Positions 25,486-37,429 of a stretch of DNA of 64,000 bases are shown here, in pieces. Source of the stretch: Felis catus (Eukaryota). The notes under the pieces were generated by a model that was not told the DNA's origin, searched no databases, and saw only the letters and a program-made list of their open reading frames with translations. Position 1 is the first letter of the stretch, and every line of letters begins with the position of its first letter. Both the position numbers and the translations under genes were made by a program. Where the stretch lies: assembly GCF_018350175.1 (NCBI RefSeq), contig NC_058368.1, forward strand, positions 149,422,001 to 149,486,000, written 5' to 3'.

Positions 25486-26769
25486 GAAAACAAGTTATTT
25501 TTATGATTAGTAGGGTTGTGTGAAAATACATCAATTTAAGGTCATAGAATTTTCTTTCAGAGTAAAGTAAGACAAAGGTAAACAATGGGCATCCTTCATA
25601 TCTAGATTTATATTAGTAAAATTTACCCTTAAAAATCTACATAAAATTATTCATCTGTATAGTTGGTACCTCAGTCAAGTAGCTATTTTTTTTTTAATTT
25701 TCCAGTCTTTTGTCATGCTGAATTCCTCTCTTTTGAAGCATATGAATACATCATTCTTTGGATTTTCACAACACCTTTCTTTTAAAGTGTCCCAAAGAGT
25801 TTTTAAACAAATGATTTAAATAAACAGTTTATTCCCAAAACATTGCTTGCTGAGTATAACCACACATACCTCACCCTGAAATCTTTAACAATTTTTCTTC
25901 TAAATGTCTTTGTTGCATATTAATACTATTTAGAGACTTCCATTTCTGGGTGAAGTCACATCAAACAGTACATGGAAATAGGAGCTAGAGCTAACTTTTT
26001 ACTGTTTTCCACTACCAAGTAAGGCTGGATATGGCAGTTATAATGATTATGGAATCTATTCACTAAATGAGGGCCAAGGATTTCACTAGAAACCCATGTC
26101 TAGTGGTTGGTTCTTCCAGGAAACTCATTTGTGATGTAACTCTGAAATGTTTAAGAAATTATGGTTAAGAAATCATGTTTCCTGCTCATTAGAGTGTTAC
26201 CACATGTCAAAATATGAGTGACCCATTTTTCAAGAGGTAAAAATAATAAAAACATAACAGAAAAAGCTCTACTGAAAAAAGTGCATGATTTCTTCTGATA
26301 TTCAAAGGATAATTAGACATCTTTCAGTCGGACAGAGTCACAAATGTATTTATTGTCAAAGAACCTAACAAGGAGTACAAGGTCTTTGGTTTACACACAA
26401 AGACTTGGTGTGGAAGGGGGAGTTTTTTCTGGTTCTCTTAACTGGAGTCATGGCTTTGCTTTCACAGGATATGTATTGTATCTTCTCTGGGAACTGAGAT
26501 GGAAGTTGAAGTGCAAGAGGCCAAGGGCTCTGTGATTAGTAAGCTCTGGTTAGGAGATGCCTAACAGGGGTCCCCACATCCCATCGTCTTGCTTTCCGTG
26601 AGCGCTGCCGGGGTCAGTTTGGGTGCTTATTATCCGTCATTTGGACTTGGTTTCTGTAGTTTTGTCTGCCGTTTTCTTGCCTCCAGGAATGCCTACTCTC
26701 ACTCTTTCACTTGTCATAATGATTGTAAAATGCCTTGTCTGCAAAGGAGTTTTAATATCTATACTTTAG

Positions 26770-27845
26770 AAAGAATTCTTACAAATTGATTAAATAACCC
26801 AGTAAGATAATAATAGGCAAACAATATTGACAGGCAATTGACAGGCACTTGACACGTGAGCAATTCAAATGTCCAGTGCGTGTATAAAATGATGCTGACT
26901 CCTCGTCGCGGAGAAAAGCAAATAAGGAATCATAAGACACTACTTCTCACTTCACAAATTGGAAAAATGGCGCCTGGGTGGCTCAGTCGGTTAAGCATCC
27001 GACTTCAGCTCAGGTCATGGTCTCACCGTCTGTGAGTTCGAGCCACATGTCAGGCTCTGTGCTGACAGCTTAGAGCCTGGGGCCTTCTTCGGATTCTGTG
27101 TTTTCCTCTCTCTGCTCCCCAACCCCCCCCCCCTTCTAGAAATAATTCCGGCACTATCTCTTAAAATTAAATCTATGCTTTATTAATCCTTCTCTTGAGA
27201 ATTTACTCTGACAACAATTGATAAGGGTTATACTTATAAGGAAGTTTACTGTACCATAGTTGGTAGTATCGAAATCCAAACACACATTGATGTCCTTCAG
27301 CAGATAGAAGGTTGAATAAGTTCTGGTACATTCATATCACAGGATATTATACAGCTATGAGAAAGACTGAGTTAGATCTATACTACTTGATGTAGAGAGG
27401 TTTTCACAACATATGAAGTTGCAAAAGCTAAGTGAAGAAAATAGTACATTGCATGAACTCATTTTTCTCAAATAATGGCAAAAATCGTATTTATACATGA
27501 TGATTTACATATATACACTTAAACATGTGGGAATGAAGGAAAAGAAGTGGAAAGGAGTAGATACATTAAAACAGGAGGAGAGAATTAAAAATGTTTACAC
27601 AATAAAAATAGAATATACTATATAATTGAATTTATGTAAATGTATATTTCGTATCTGAGGGTACATATAAAGAGGTGCATGAAAAGGTAGACACCTAAAT
27701 ATTACTGGTGATTTGTCAAGGAGGTAGACATTTAAAAATTTTTTCTTGTACTTTCTTAACCTTAACCTTTTTTTCCTTATATTTTTTTCTATATTGTCTT
27801 GAATTTTTATGATGAATGTATACTATGTACATTTAAAAAAGAATA
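26770..27845 (+). mobile_element. Old L1 (L1ME-like) ORF2 end and 3'UTR
   Basis: 'gttgaataagttctggtacattcatatcacaggatattatacagctatgagaaagactgagttagatcta' is typical of L1ME 3' sequence. Confidence 0.75.
26969..27133 (+). mobile_element. CanSINE lacking tail, nested in old L1
   Basis: ggcgcctgggtggctcagtcggttaagc head. It ends in a C-run with no poly(A) and no TSD. Confidence 0.92.
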
Positions 27846-27869
27846 AACTCTTATATTTGTGAAAAAAAG

Positions 27870-28215
27870 GTAAACATCTTATTACTTCTCTGCTTAAATG
27901 TAAATATTACCCCATGACCTACAGGATGAAGCCCATATAAATGTAGCATAAAGCTTTTAGTGATTGGATCCCTGACTATTTTTGCAATCGTATTTCCAAT
28001 ATTCCCCCTTCTCAGCAATCTGAATTACATTTAATTATAGCAATTGAATTGTAAGCAATTTTCTGAAAACCCCATGGTGTTTCAATCATTGTATCTTTGA
28101 ACTCACTCTCCCTTTCTCTAAAATGTGCTTTACACTTATCTGCCTGTAAATGCCTTCCTATTCATGCTGAAATTTCAATTTAGATGTCAACCCATGTCTC
28201 CACTAGCATCCCCCA
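27870..28215 (+). mobile_element. L2 fragment
   Basis: 'cttattacttctctgcttaaa..cccatgacctacaggatgaagccc' and 'caatttagatgtca'. Confidence 0.6.
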
Positions 28216-28234
28216 GAATAAATTTCTTACTAAT

Positions 28235-28590
28235 GAGTTGGCAAACGTTAACTGAGCACCTCTGTCCCTAGCATTATGTTATTATTTAACAACGATAAGG
28301 ACTACTGATCCTTGTTCTCAAAAAATTTGCGGTCTGTTTGGAAAAGATAGTCTAGAAAGGCAACAATTACAGCTAAGCTGGTAAGTACCATGATGGAAAT
28401 ACGCATGACATGGGCTGAAGGAGAGGAGCAGGGGTGGGGGAGGGGGCTCTAAAACAGTGAGGGAAGCAGAGAAAAGCTTCAAAGCACAGGTGAAACTTGA
28501 GTGAAGTCTTAAAGAACTTTGATGAATGGCAGTTAGTTCTTCCAAAAGTGAGTTCACTCATTCCTAGTAGGAGAAACCTTTTATAAGAAG
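28235..28590 (-). mobile_element. L2 3' fragment
   Basis: 'taactgagcacct', 'ccttgttctcaaaaaatttgcggtctg' and 'ggtgaaacttgagtgaagtcttaaaga'. Confidence 0.6.
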
Positions 28591-28601
28591 CCAGATATAC
28601 C

Positions 28602-28823
28602 GGGGTGCTTGGGTGGCTCAGCCAGTTAAGCATCCTACTCTTAATTTTGTCTCAGGCCATGATCTCATGGTTCGTGAGTTCAGGCTCCACTTTGAGCTCC
28701 ATGGTGACTGTGCACAGCCTGCTTAGGATTCTTTCTCTGCCACCATACTTGTTTGTGTGTGCGCGCGCTCTCTCTCTCTCTCTCTCTCAAAATAAACAAA
28801 CTTTTAAAAAGTTAAAAAAAAAA
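28602..28823 (+). mobile_element. CanSINE (older subfamily)
   Basis: ggggtgcttgggtggctcag head, CT tract and A-tail. Confidence 0.92.
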
Positions 28824-29611
28824 GGCCTGTGTACCAACATGCACGTTTAAAGACTACTATGGCAAGCAACATTGGATAATATCCATCAGCAGACTATCCT
28901 GTGTTTGTCTTCGGATATGAACACATTGACAACGGGGGTTGTCATGCTCATCACTGAGCTCTGGTGCAGCAGCTGGCAATGCCTGACACAGGATGGGTGC
29001 TCTGTACCTATGGGCTACCTCAGGCCTGGATGAGCTCTGTCTCTCTAGTTCTCCTTATAAAGGCTTTACCCAACCTAGTTGTGTGTGACACAGGGAATTT
29101 CCTAAGTAGTTTTATTCATTTTTATTTGATCCAAGGTCTTGAACCCTTTGTGGGGTTTTGTTGATTTGAAGCAAAGCACATTCCTTTCAGTACTTCATCT
29201 ATATTCCATTTAGTGTGCAATTTTAATTTTACTATCATCTTATCTATCGTTTACCCTTTATTCAAAAGAGAATGACAAAAATGCCTGCATACATAGTGGA
29301 ATCCAGGAACAACTGAAACGTTTTCTGAAACGTTTCAGAAAAGGGAGCCTGGAAGCTTTTATCCTTTCCTCCCACTTAGGAGAGCAGAAGTGCTTCTCAT
29401 TTCCCCAAGAAAGGATTTCTATCCTGGCTGTTATTTTTCATCTTTTATTTTATTCAAATTAATTTTATGCTTAGCAAAGAAATACTTGTGTATGGCTTGA
29501 AAATTATTTAAATAGTACCAAAAGAATTAAAATGAAATGCAGAGATGGTTCCTTGCCCCACTCTGCACATCACCTCACCCCTCAATCTCTAGGGGTAACC
29601 ACCTGAAACTT

Positions 29612-29830
29612 TTCTTTTTTAATGTTTTTAATGTTTATTTATTTTTGAGAGAGACAGAGACAGAATGCGAGTGGGTTGGGGCAGAGAGAGAAGGAGACAC
29701 AGAATCTGAAGCAGGCTCCAGACTCTGAGCTGTTAGTACAGAGCCTGACGTGGGGCTCGACCTCATGAGCTGTGAGATCATGACCCAAGCGGAAGTTGGA
29801 CACTCAACCAGCTGACCCACCCAGGTGCAC
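29612..29830 (-). mobile_element. CanSINE, felid type
   Basis: Full SINE with TSD-like accac[c/t]tgaaact. Confidence 0.95.
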
Positions 29831-29979
29831 CACCACTTGAAACTCTTAAAGCTTCTATTTCATAGTACATTCAAGTCTCTAAATAATATGCTTATATCTC
29901 TAGTTCTTTTATTCATTTTCAGCCTTTATCTCTTGGCTTTCATCATACTATCTATAATACTTTAAAATATTTTATCACA

Positions 29980-30075
29980 ACTTGTAATGAGCCCAGGGTG
30001 AGTTGTGGAAGTGCTGAATTATTGTATTGAAACTAATACCATATGTTAACTGGAATTAAAATTAAAAACTTAATA
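29980..30075 (+). mobile_element. Extremely 5'-truncated carnivore L1 (3' end only)
   Basis: 'ttgtaatgagcccagggtg..tatgttaactggaattaaaattaaaaactt' with TSD aaaatatttta[t/g]caca at 29964-29979 and 30076-30091. Confidence 0.8.
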
Positions 30076-30449
30076 AAAATATTTTAGCACAGAATGAGAC
30101 ATGTATGTGTTGTTTTAATGGCATCCTGTGTGTGGTGACAACCCTAGTCATCTCTTGGACACAGCTACGGAAACCCACCCTCTAGAGGCTGTCACTACAA
30201 ATGTTTGTCTTGCTTCTTTTCCCCCTACACCACAGGATTTGATAATTAGTATAATAAATGTAAAAAAATGAGGTTTCCTTTGGTGAATTAGTGGCTTATA
30301 AAGGGAAATTTTAAATTTGAAATTTGAGCTTAAGGTTGATGCCAGGTTTAATTCCTAGAGAGTCCTCTCAATAGCCTAATTCGAGAAGACTCTGGTTGTC
30401 AATTGCTGATAAGATTAACTGAGTTTTGCCTTAAAACCATCGTCTTGTT

Positions 30450-30637
30450 GGGGCACCTGGGTGGCTCAGTCAGTTCAACATCCAACTTCAGCTCAGGTCA
30501 TGAGTTTGAGCTCCATATCCAAGCTCTGTGCTGACAGCAAAGAGCCTGTTTCGGATTTTATTTTTCTTTCTCTCTCCCCCGCTCCCACTCTCTTTCTCTC
30601 AAAAATAAATAAACATGGGAAAAACAACAACAACAAC
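30450..30637 (+). mobile_element. CanSINE with internal deletion and (CAA)n tail
   Basis: SINE head and body. TSD remnant 'tcttgtt'. Confidence 0.9.
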
Positions 30638-30959
30638 ATTTTCTTGTTAGTCTCTTAGGAACTCTGTGCTGGGTGTGGTCAGTACACCTGAAAATATGAG
30701 AACAGAGACCCTCTGAATTGTGTAACTGTTTATGTGCCTGTTTGCTGATATTTATGTAATAGGTGAAAACATGTGACATAATTTGTTCTGAGACTGGCTT
30801 TTTTCATTAAAGTGTGGTTAGAGGATGTTAAAAAATAGCTAAAATTCACCGACTTAAATTTTTGGAGACTTCTGTGTTAATTAAAAAAAAAAAAACATCG
30901 AAGCGTTTATTCAGAACTTGATTGACTTGAGTTGGTTTGCAACAAATACTTATTATAGT

Positions 30960-31497
30960 AAATTATTCAGCTCCCTTACTCATTTTCTCTCTTACCCAAT
31001 CTTTCCTATAAAATATATAACAATTTTTAGTTAAATTAATATCTGTGTTTTAATTAATATGTATGAAAATACTGTTCATACCTGAGACAGTATATTAAGA
31101 CTATATACTGGTCAGTAAATTTTTCATTTTCTTCTGTCATCAGTTCCTTATTTTTTCATTTATTTCTCTCTTATCCCTTATAGTTCCCTTCTACTTTTTA
31201 ATAAAATTTTCCACACTGTTAAATGTATCATATAATCTATCAATTGTGATTTTTCTCTCCTCTAAAAAGCACCTTTCTGCTGCAGTCTTGTCAGGTTTCT
31301 CACTGCAGACCTCCTACTTTCCTGAAACTTCCCGTTACTACAAACCCTGCCTCTCTCCTCAGTGTGAGCCCTTTGTCCTGGGCCATTTTCTTTTTTCTTC
31401 TTGGTTTATCTTCTAAATATGCTGAAGAATATCTGCTGGTATTTTTCTGAGAAGCAGTGTACGTGAGGCAGAAATTTTGAATTCTTGAATATCTGAA
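30960..31497 (-). mobile_element. Ancient L1-related fragment (HAL1/L1ME-like)
   Basis: 'ggtttatcttc..gctgaagaatatctgctggtatttttctgagaagcagtgtacgtgaggcagaaattttga..atctgaaa' resembles HAL1. Confidence 0.45.
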
Positions 31498-32405
31498 ATA
31501 GGAATGGTGGGGTCATATGGCAGGTGTATCTTTGAATTTTTAAACAACTGGTAAGTTGTTTTCAAGATGGTTGTATCATTTTATATTCCCACCAGCTATT
31601 ATACAGTGAATATGAGTTCCAGATTATTCATATCCTCAACAACTCTTGGTATGATAAGTCCTCTTAGTGTTACCAATTCTAACAGGTTATAAGTTGTACC
31701 TCACTGATAATTTTAATTTGCGTTTCTCTAGTGGCTAATGACACTGGGTATCATTTCACATCATCACTTATTTGCCATAAATACATGCCTATTGGAAAAG
31801 AGTTCAATTGTTCCATGTTTCCCTTAAATTGTTTGCTTATTAATGAGTTTTGAGATCTTTGTAGATTGTGGATACAACTCCTTTAACATATATGTGAGTC
31901 ACAAATACTTTTTCTCAGTCGGTGACTCATCCTTTCATTCTCTTATCGGTGTCTTTTAAAAAACAAGTTTGAATTTTGGTGAATTCCAATTATTATTTTT
32001 CTTTTTTGGACCATGTTTTGGAGCTTTACCTGATCCAACATCACAAATATTCTGTCCTTCATTTTCTTTTAGATATCTTATAGCTTTAGGTTTTACATTT
32101 TGATCTGTGATGCATTACAAAAGAATTTTTATGGTGCAATGTAAAAATCCAAGTTGATTTTTTTCACATATGGGTACCAAATTTTCTAGCATGTCAACAG
32201 TGCTAAAAAGATTGTTTTCTTCAGTGAATCAACTTCCAACCTTTGTTAAAAATCATTTGACCATGTATGTGTGAATCTATTTCTGAAAAATTATAACAAA
32301 TAAAATAATATAATAATATTAAATTATAATATAATATATAATAATATATATATTAATATAATATATTAATAATTCATTAATATCTTGGTTAACATAGCTT
32401 TATTT
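31498..32405 (-). mobile_element. Old L1 (L1M) ORF2 3' part, left piece
   Basis: Antisense L1 ORF2: 'gggtcatatggcagg', 'ttatattcccaccagc' and 'aaaatcatttgaccatgtatgtgtg'. Confidence 0.85.
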
Positions 32406-32826
32406 GTGTGTGTGTTGTGTTTTCTTTTTTAAAAAAATTTAATTCCAGTATAGTTAACATACAATGTTATATTAGTTTCAGGTGTACAATTTACTGATTC
32501 AACAGTTCTATATATTATTCAGTTCTTATCATGATAAGGGTACTCTTACTCCCCTTCATCTCTTTCATCCATCCCCCACCCACCTCCTCTCTGGCAACCA
32601 TCAGTTCTCTATAATTAAGAGTCTGCTTTTTGGTTTATTTCTTATTTGCTTTGTTCCTTTGCTTTGTTTCTTAAATTTCGCATATGAGTGAGGTCATATG
32701 GTTATTTGTCTTTCTCTGACTGACTTATTTCACTCAGCATTGTACTCTCCAGATCCATCCATGTTGCTGAAACAGCAACATTTCATTCTTTTTATGGCCA
32801 AATAACATTCCATTATATATATACTT

Positions 32827-32829
<3 letters not shown>

Positions 32830-32878
<49 letters not shown>

Positions 32879-32896
32879 ATAACACACACACACACA
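32830..32896. repeat. (TA)n(TG)n...(CA)n microsatellite within L1
   Basis: Direct reading. Confidence 0.95.
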
Positions 32897-33529
32897 TATA
32901 TTCTTTATCCATTCATCTAACATTGGACACTTGGATTGTTTCCATAATTTGGCTTTCATAAATGTTGTATTAAACATAGATGCACACATCTTTCTGAATT
33001 AGTATTTTCATATACTTCAGGTAATACCCAGTACTGCAGTTCCTGAATTGTAGGGTAATTCTATTTTTAAATTTTTGAGGAAACTCCATACAGTTTTCCA
33101 CAGTGGCAGTACCAGTTTGCATTCCCACCAAAAGTGCACAAGGGTTTCCTTCTCTCCACATCCTTACCTGCACTTATTTATTGTGTTTTTGATTTTAGCC
33201 ATTCTGGCAGCCATGAGGTATTATCTCATTGTGGTTTTGATTTGCATTTCCCTGATGATGAGTGATGTGTAGCGTCCTTTCATGTGTCTATTGGCCATCT
33301 AGATGTTTTCTTTGGAAAAGTATCTAGATCTTCTGCCCATTTTTAAGTTGGCTTGCCTTTGTTTTTGGTGTTGAGTTCAATACGTCCTTTACATATTTGG
33401 AATATTAACTCCTTATCCAATATATCATTTACAAATAAATGCCTTGCATTCTTGATCACCATTTAGTTTTATTGATTGTTTCTTTTGCTGTGCAAAAGCT
33501 TTTTATTTTGATGTAGTCCCAATAGTTTA

Positions 33530-33754
33530 ATTTTTTTTTGAATGTTTATTTATTTTTGAGAAGGAGAGAGACAGCATGAGCGGGGCAGGGGCAGAGACAG
33601 AGGGAGACACAGAATCTGAAGCAGGCTCCAGGCTCTGAGCTGTCAGCACACAGCCTGATGCAGGGCTCAAACTCAAGAGCCATGAGATCATGACCTGAGC
33701 CGAAGTCCCACGCTCAACTGACTGAGCCCCCCAGCCCACCCCCCCGCCCCGCCA
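33530..33754 (-). mobile_element. CanSINE nested in L1
   Basis: TSD ccaatagttta at 33519-33529 and 33755-33765. Confidence 0.96.
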
Positions 33755-34590
33755 CCAATAGTTTATATTTGCTTTTGTTTCCCTTGTCTCAGGAGACCTA
33801 TCTAGAAAAATAATTGCTATGGCCAGTATCAGAGAAATTATTACCCGTGCTGTCTTCTAAGATTTTCATGGTTTCAAATCTCACATTTAGGCTTTTAATG
33901 AATTTTGAATTTATTTTAGTGTATGATGTGAGAAAGTGGTGCAGTTTCATTTTTTTGCATGTTGCTGTCCCGTTTTCCCAACACCATCTGTTGAAAAGAT
34001 GGTCTTTTTCCCACTGCATATTCTTTCCTCGTTTGTCCATAGATTAGTTGACCATATAATCATGGGTTTATTTCCAGTGTCTTTGTTCTGTTCCATTGAT
34101 CTGTGTGTCTGTTTTTGTGCCAGTACCGTACTGTTTTGATTACTATAGTTTGTAGTGTTCTTGAAACCTGGGATTGTGATAGCTCCAGTTTTGTTCTCCA
34201 TTTTCAAGATTGCTTTGGCTCTTCGGGGTCTTTTGTGGTTCCATGCAACTTTTAAGATTATTTGTTCTAGTTTTGTGACAAATACCATCGGTATTTTGAT
34301 GGGGACTGCATTAAACCTGTAGATTGCTTTGGGTAGTATGAGCATTTTAACAATATTGGTTCTTCCAATCCATGAGCATGGAATATCTTTCCATTTATTT
34401 GTGTCATCTTCAGTTTCTTTCATCAGTGTTTTATAGTTTTCAGAGTATAAGTCTTCACCTCCTTGGCTAAGTTTATTAAAGCATATTTTATTATTTTTGG
34501 TACAGTTGTAAATGAGATTGTTTTCTTAATTTCTCTTTCTGCAATGTTAATAGTGTATAGAGATGCAATGGATTTCTGCATATTGATTTT

Positions 34591-35000
34591 ATCTTGAATC
34601 AGATAGTTTAAATTCTCCTATTTTGTTATTCTTTTTCAAGACTATTTTAGCTAGTCCAGGTCCTTTGCATTTTCATAAGAATTTTAGAATCAGCTTGTAA
34701 ATTTCTCCAAAAAATATGTTCTGGGATTTTGACAGGGATTACATTAAATCAATAAACCTGATTGGGAAGAATTACACTATTAGGTTCTTCTGACCCCCTA
34801 CATTCTGTGTTTCTCTCCATTTATTTAACTTTTCTTTAGTTCTCTCAGAGTTTTATACTTGTTAGTACAGGATTGATACATATTTTATCAGATTTCTCTC
34901 AAAGTATTTACTAATCTTGAGGCTATTGTCAACAGCTCTTTAGTTTAAATTTCTGATTGCTTACTGCTAGAGATATTATAGATATAATTTTGCAATTGAC
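34591..35000 (-). mobile_element. Old L1 (L1M) ORF2, right piece
   Basis: Resumes the element interrupted near 32405: 'tcttgaatcagatag..ttttcataagaattttagaatcagcttg'. Confidence 0.8.
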
Positions 35001-35475
35001 AATTATTTTATTAAAATCTTTATTTCAATCAAATCATATTCCCAAGAGAATTTAAGATAACATTATTTTTATAGTGGCTTCACTTTGCAATGAATCTGAT
35101 CAAGCTGATGGACTTTCTTCCATTTTTTTATAGAATAAATACTCAAACTCTGATCTTCAAAAGGATTCTCCTGGTGTGCAGTTGTCCAACTTCTATTAAA
35201 AATTTAATTCTATTGAATAATAGCTACTTCAGTTATTCACTTATTTTAGAGTTAGCCTTAGCAAGTTATTTAATCTGGCTGGTCCATCAGGTTGCACTGT
35301 TACTCAAAAACCTAACACCCTGTGTAAGTGCTACCAATGTTGCTTATAGTACAATTGATTGGGAACACCTGCCTTTAAAATTTGCCAAAGCAACATCATC
35401 TATTCAAACTTTATGGAACATAACCCTGAAGCCTGTACAGTGCCTACTCAGTTGAACAAATAAAAAGGTCTATTT

Positions 35476-36740
35476 ATTTTTTTATTATTTTTTTAATTTC
35501 ACTATTTTTATTTATTTATATTTATTTTTATTTTAACTTGTTTTATTTTTTCCTTTTTTAAAATTTACATCCAAATTAGTTAGCATATAGTGCAACAATG
35601 ATTTCAGGCGTAGATTCCTTAATGTCCCTTACCCATTTAGCCCATTCCCCCTCTCATAACCCCTCTAGTAACCCTCAGTTTGTTCTACATATTTATGAGT
35701 CTCTTCTGTTTTGTCCCCCCCGCCCTGTTTTTATATTATTTTTGTTTTCCTTCCCTTATGTTCATCTGTTTTGTCTCTTACAGTCCTCATATGAGTGAAG
35801 TCATATGATACTTGTCTTACTCTAATTTCACATAGCAGAATACCCTCCAGTTCCATCCACGTAGTTGCAAATGGCAAGATTTCATTCTTTTTGATTGCCA
35901 AATAATACTCCATTGTATACATATACCAGTTCTTCTTTATCCATTCATCCATAGATGGATATTTGGGCTCTTTCCATACTTTGGCTATTGTTGATAGTGT
36001 TGCTGTAAACATGGGGGTGCATGTGTCCCTTCGAAACAGCACACCTGTATCCCTTGAAGTAAATACCTAGTAGTGCAATTGCTGGGTCGTAGGTTAGTTC
36101 TACTTTTAGTTTTTTGAGGAACCTCCATACTGTTTTCCAGAGTGGCTGCACCAGCTTGCACTGCCACCAACAATGCAAAAGAGATCCTCTTTCTCCACAT
36201 CCTTGCCAACATCTGTTGTTTCCTGAGTTGTTAATGTTAGCCATTCTGACAAGTGTAAGGTGGTATCTCATTGTGGTTTTGATTTGGATTTCCCTGATGA
36301 TGAGTGATGTTGAGCATTTTTTCATGTGTCAGTTGGCTATCTGGATGTCTTCCTTGGAGAAGTATCTATTGATGTCTTTTGCCCATTTTTTCACTGGATT
36401 ATTTGTTTTTTGGGTGTTGAGTTTGATAAGCTCTTTATAGATTTTGAATACTAATCCTTTATCTGATATGTCATTTGAAAATATCTTCTCCCATTCTGTC
36501 AGTTGCCTTTTAGCTTTCTGATTGTTTCCTTTACTGTGCAGGAGGTTTTTATTTTGATGAGGTCTCAGCAGTTCATTTTTGCTTTTGTTTCCCCTGCCTC
36601 TGGTGATGTGTTGAGTAGGAAGTTGCTTTGGCCAAGATCAAAGAGGTTTTTGCCAGCTTTCTCCTCGAGGATTTTGATGGTTTCCCATCTTACATTTAGG
36701 TCTTACATCCATTTTGAGTTTATTTTTGTGTATGGTGTAT
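35476..36740 (-). mobile_element. Carnivore/felid L1, 5'-truncated (about 1.26 kb)
   Basis: ORF2 C-terminus ([24 protein letters not shown]...[25 protein letters not shown]), 3'UTR and TSD aaaaggtctattt at 35463-35475 and 36741-36753. Confidence 0.97.
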
Positions 36741-36764
36741 AAAAGGTCTATTTTAGAAAAAAGT

Positions 36765-36830
36765 GGACCATGAGATCATGACCTGAGCCGAAGTCATACA
36801 CATAACTGACTGAGTCACCCAGGTGCTCCT
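36765..36830 (-). mobile_element. CanSINE 5' half only
   Basis: 'ccatgagatcatgacctgagccgaagtc..cacccaggtgctcc'. Confidence 0.88.
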
Positions 36831-36934
36831 GTTTTGTTTTGTTTTTTTAATAAGAGCAAATATATATTATATTCCTACTCTCTTTTTTACCATGCTTACA
36901 AGAAGCTGAGAACTATGTTTAATACTCAAATACC

Positions 36935-37105
36935 TTCTCATAATTTGCGAGTTCTTGAGTTTGGGCTCTGCACTGACAACACATAGTCTACTTGGGATTC
37001 TCTCTCTCCCTCTCTTTCTCTGTCCCCACCCCTGCTCACTCTCTCTCTCATTCTCTCTCAAAATAAAGTAATAAACATTAAAAAATTAACAAAATTAAAA
37101 AAAAA
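36935..37105 (+). mobile_element. CanSINE 3' half only
   Basis: 'gagttc..gggctctgcactgacaac..gggattctctctctccc' followed by an A-tail. Confidence 0.88.
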
Positions 37106-37149
37106 TAGGACAGCCTGAGTTGGCTTCATTATGAGGGCAATATTGATAT

Positions 37150-37191
37150 TTTTTTAAAGTTTATACACTTATTTTGAGGGATGGAAGGAGG

Positions 37192-37241
<50 letters not shown>

Positions 37242-37388
37242 CAGGCAGACAGGGAAAAAGAATCCTAAGCAGGTTCTGCACTTTCAGCTCAGGGCCCCAC
37301 ACAGGACTCAGTTTCGTAAACCATGAGATCATGATCTGGGCCGAAATGAAAACTTGGAAGCCTAACTGACTGAGCTATTTAGGCACTC
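37150..37388 (-). mobile_element. CanSINE with expanded (GA)n
   Basis: SINE body with TSD-like atattg[a/t]tattt. Confidence 0.92.
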
Positions 37389-37429
37389 TGATATTGTTAT
37401 TTGTGATACTTAGAATTGCTGTTTTAAAA

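Larger units (their letters stand above)
32421..34590 (-). mobile_element. Carnivore L1, 5'-truncated (about 2 kb), nested in older L1
   Basis: L1 3'UTR plus ORF2 peptides in the ORF track ([36 protein letters not shown] and [19 protein letters not shown]), frameshifted. Confidence 0.95.

Noticed and set aside
33947..34423. 158-aa ORF with RT-associated motifs
   Set aside because: It is a fragment of a truncated, frameshifted L1 ORF2, not a host gene.
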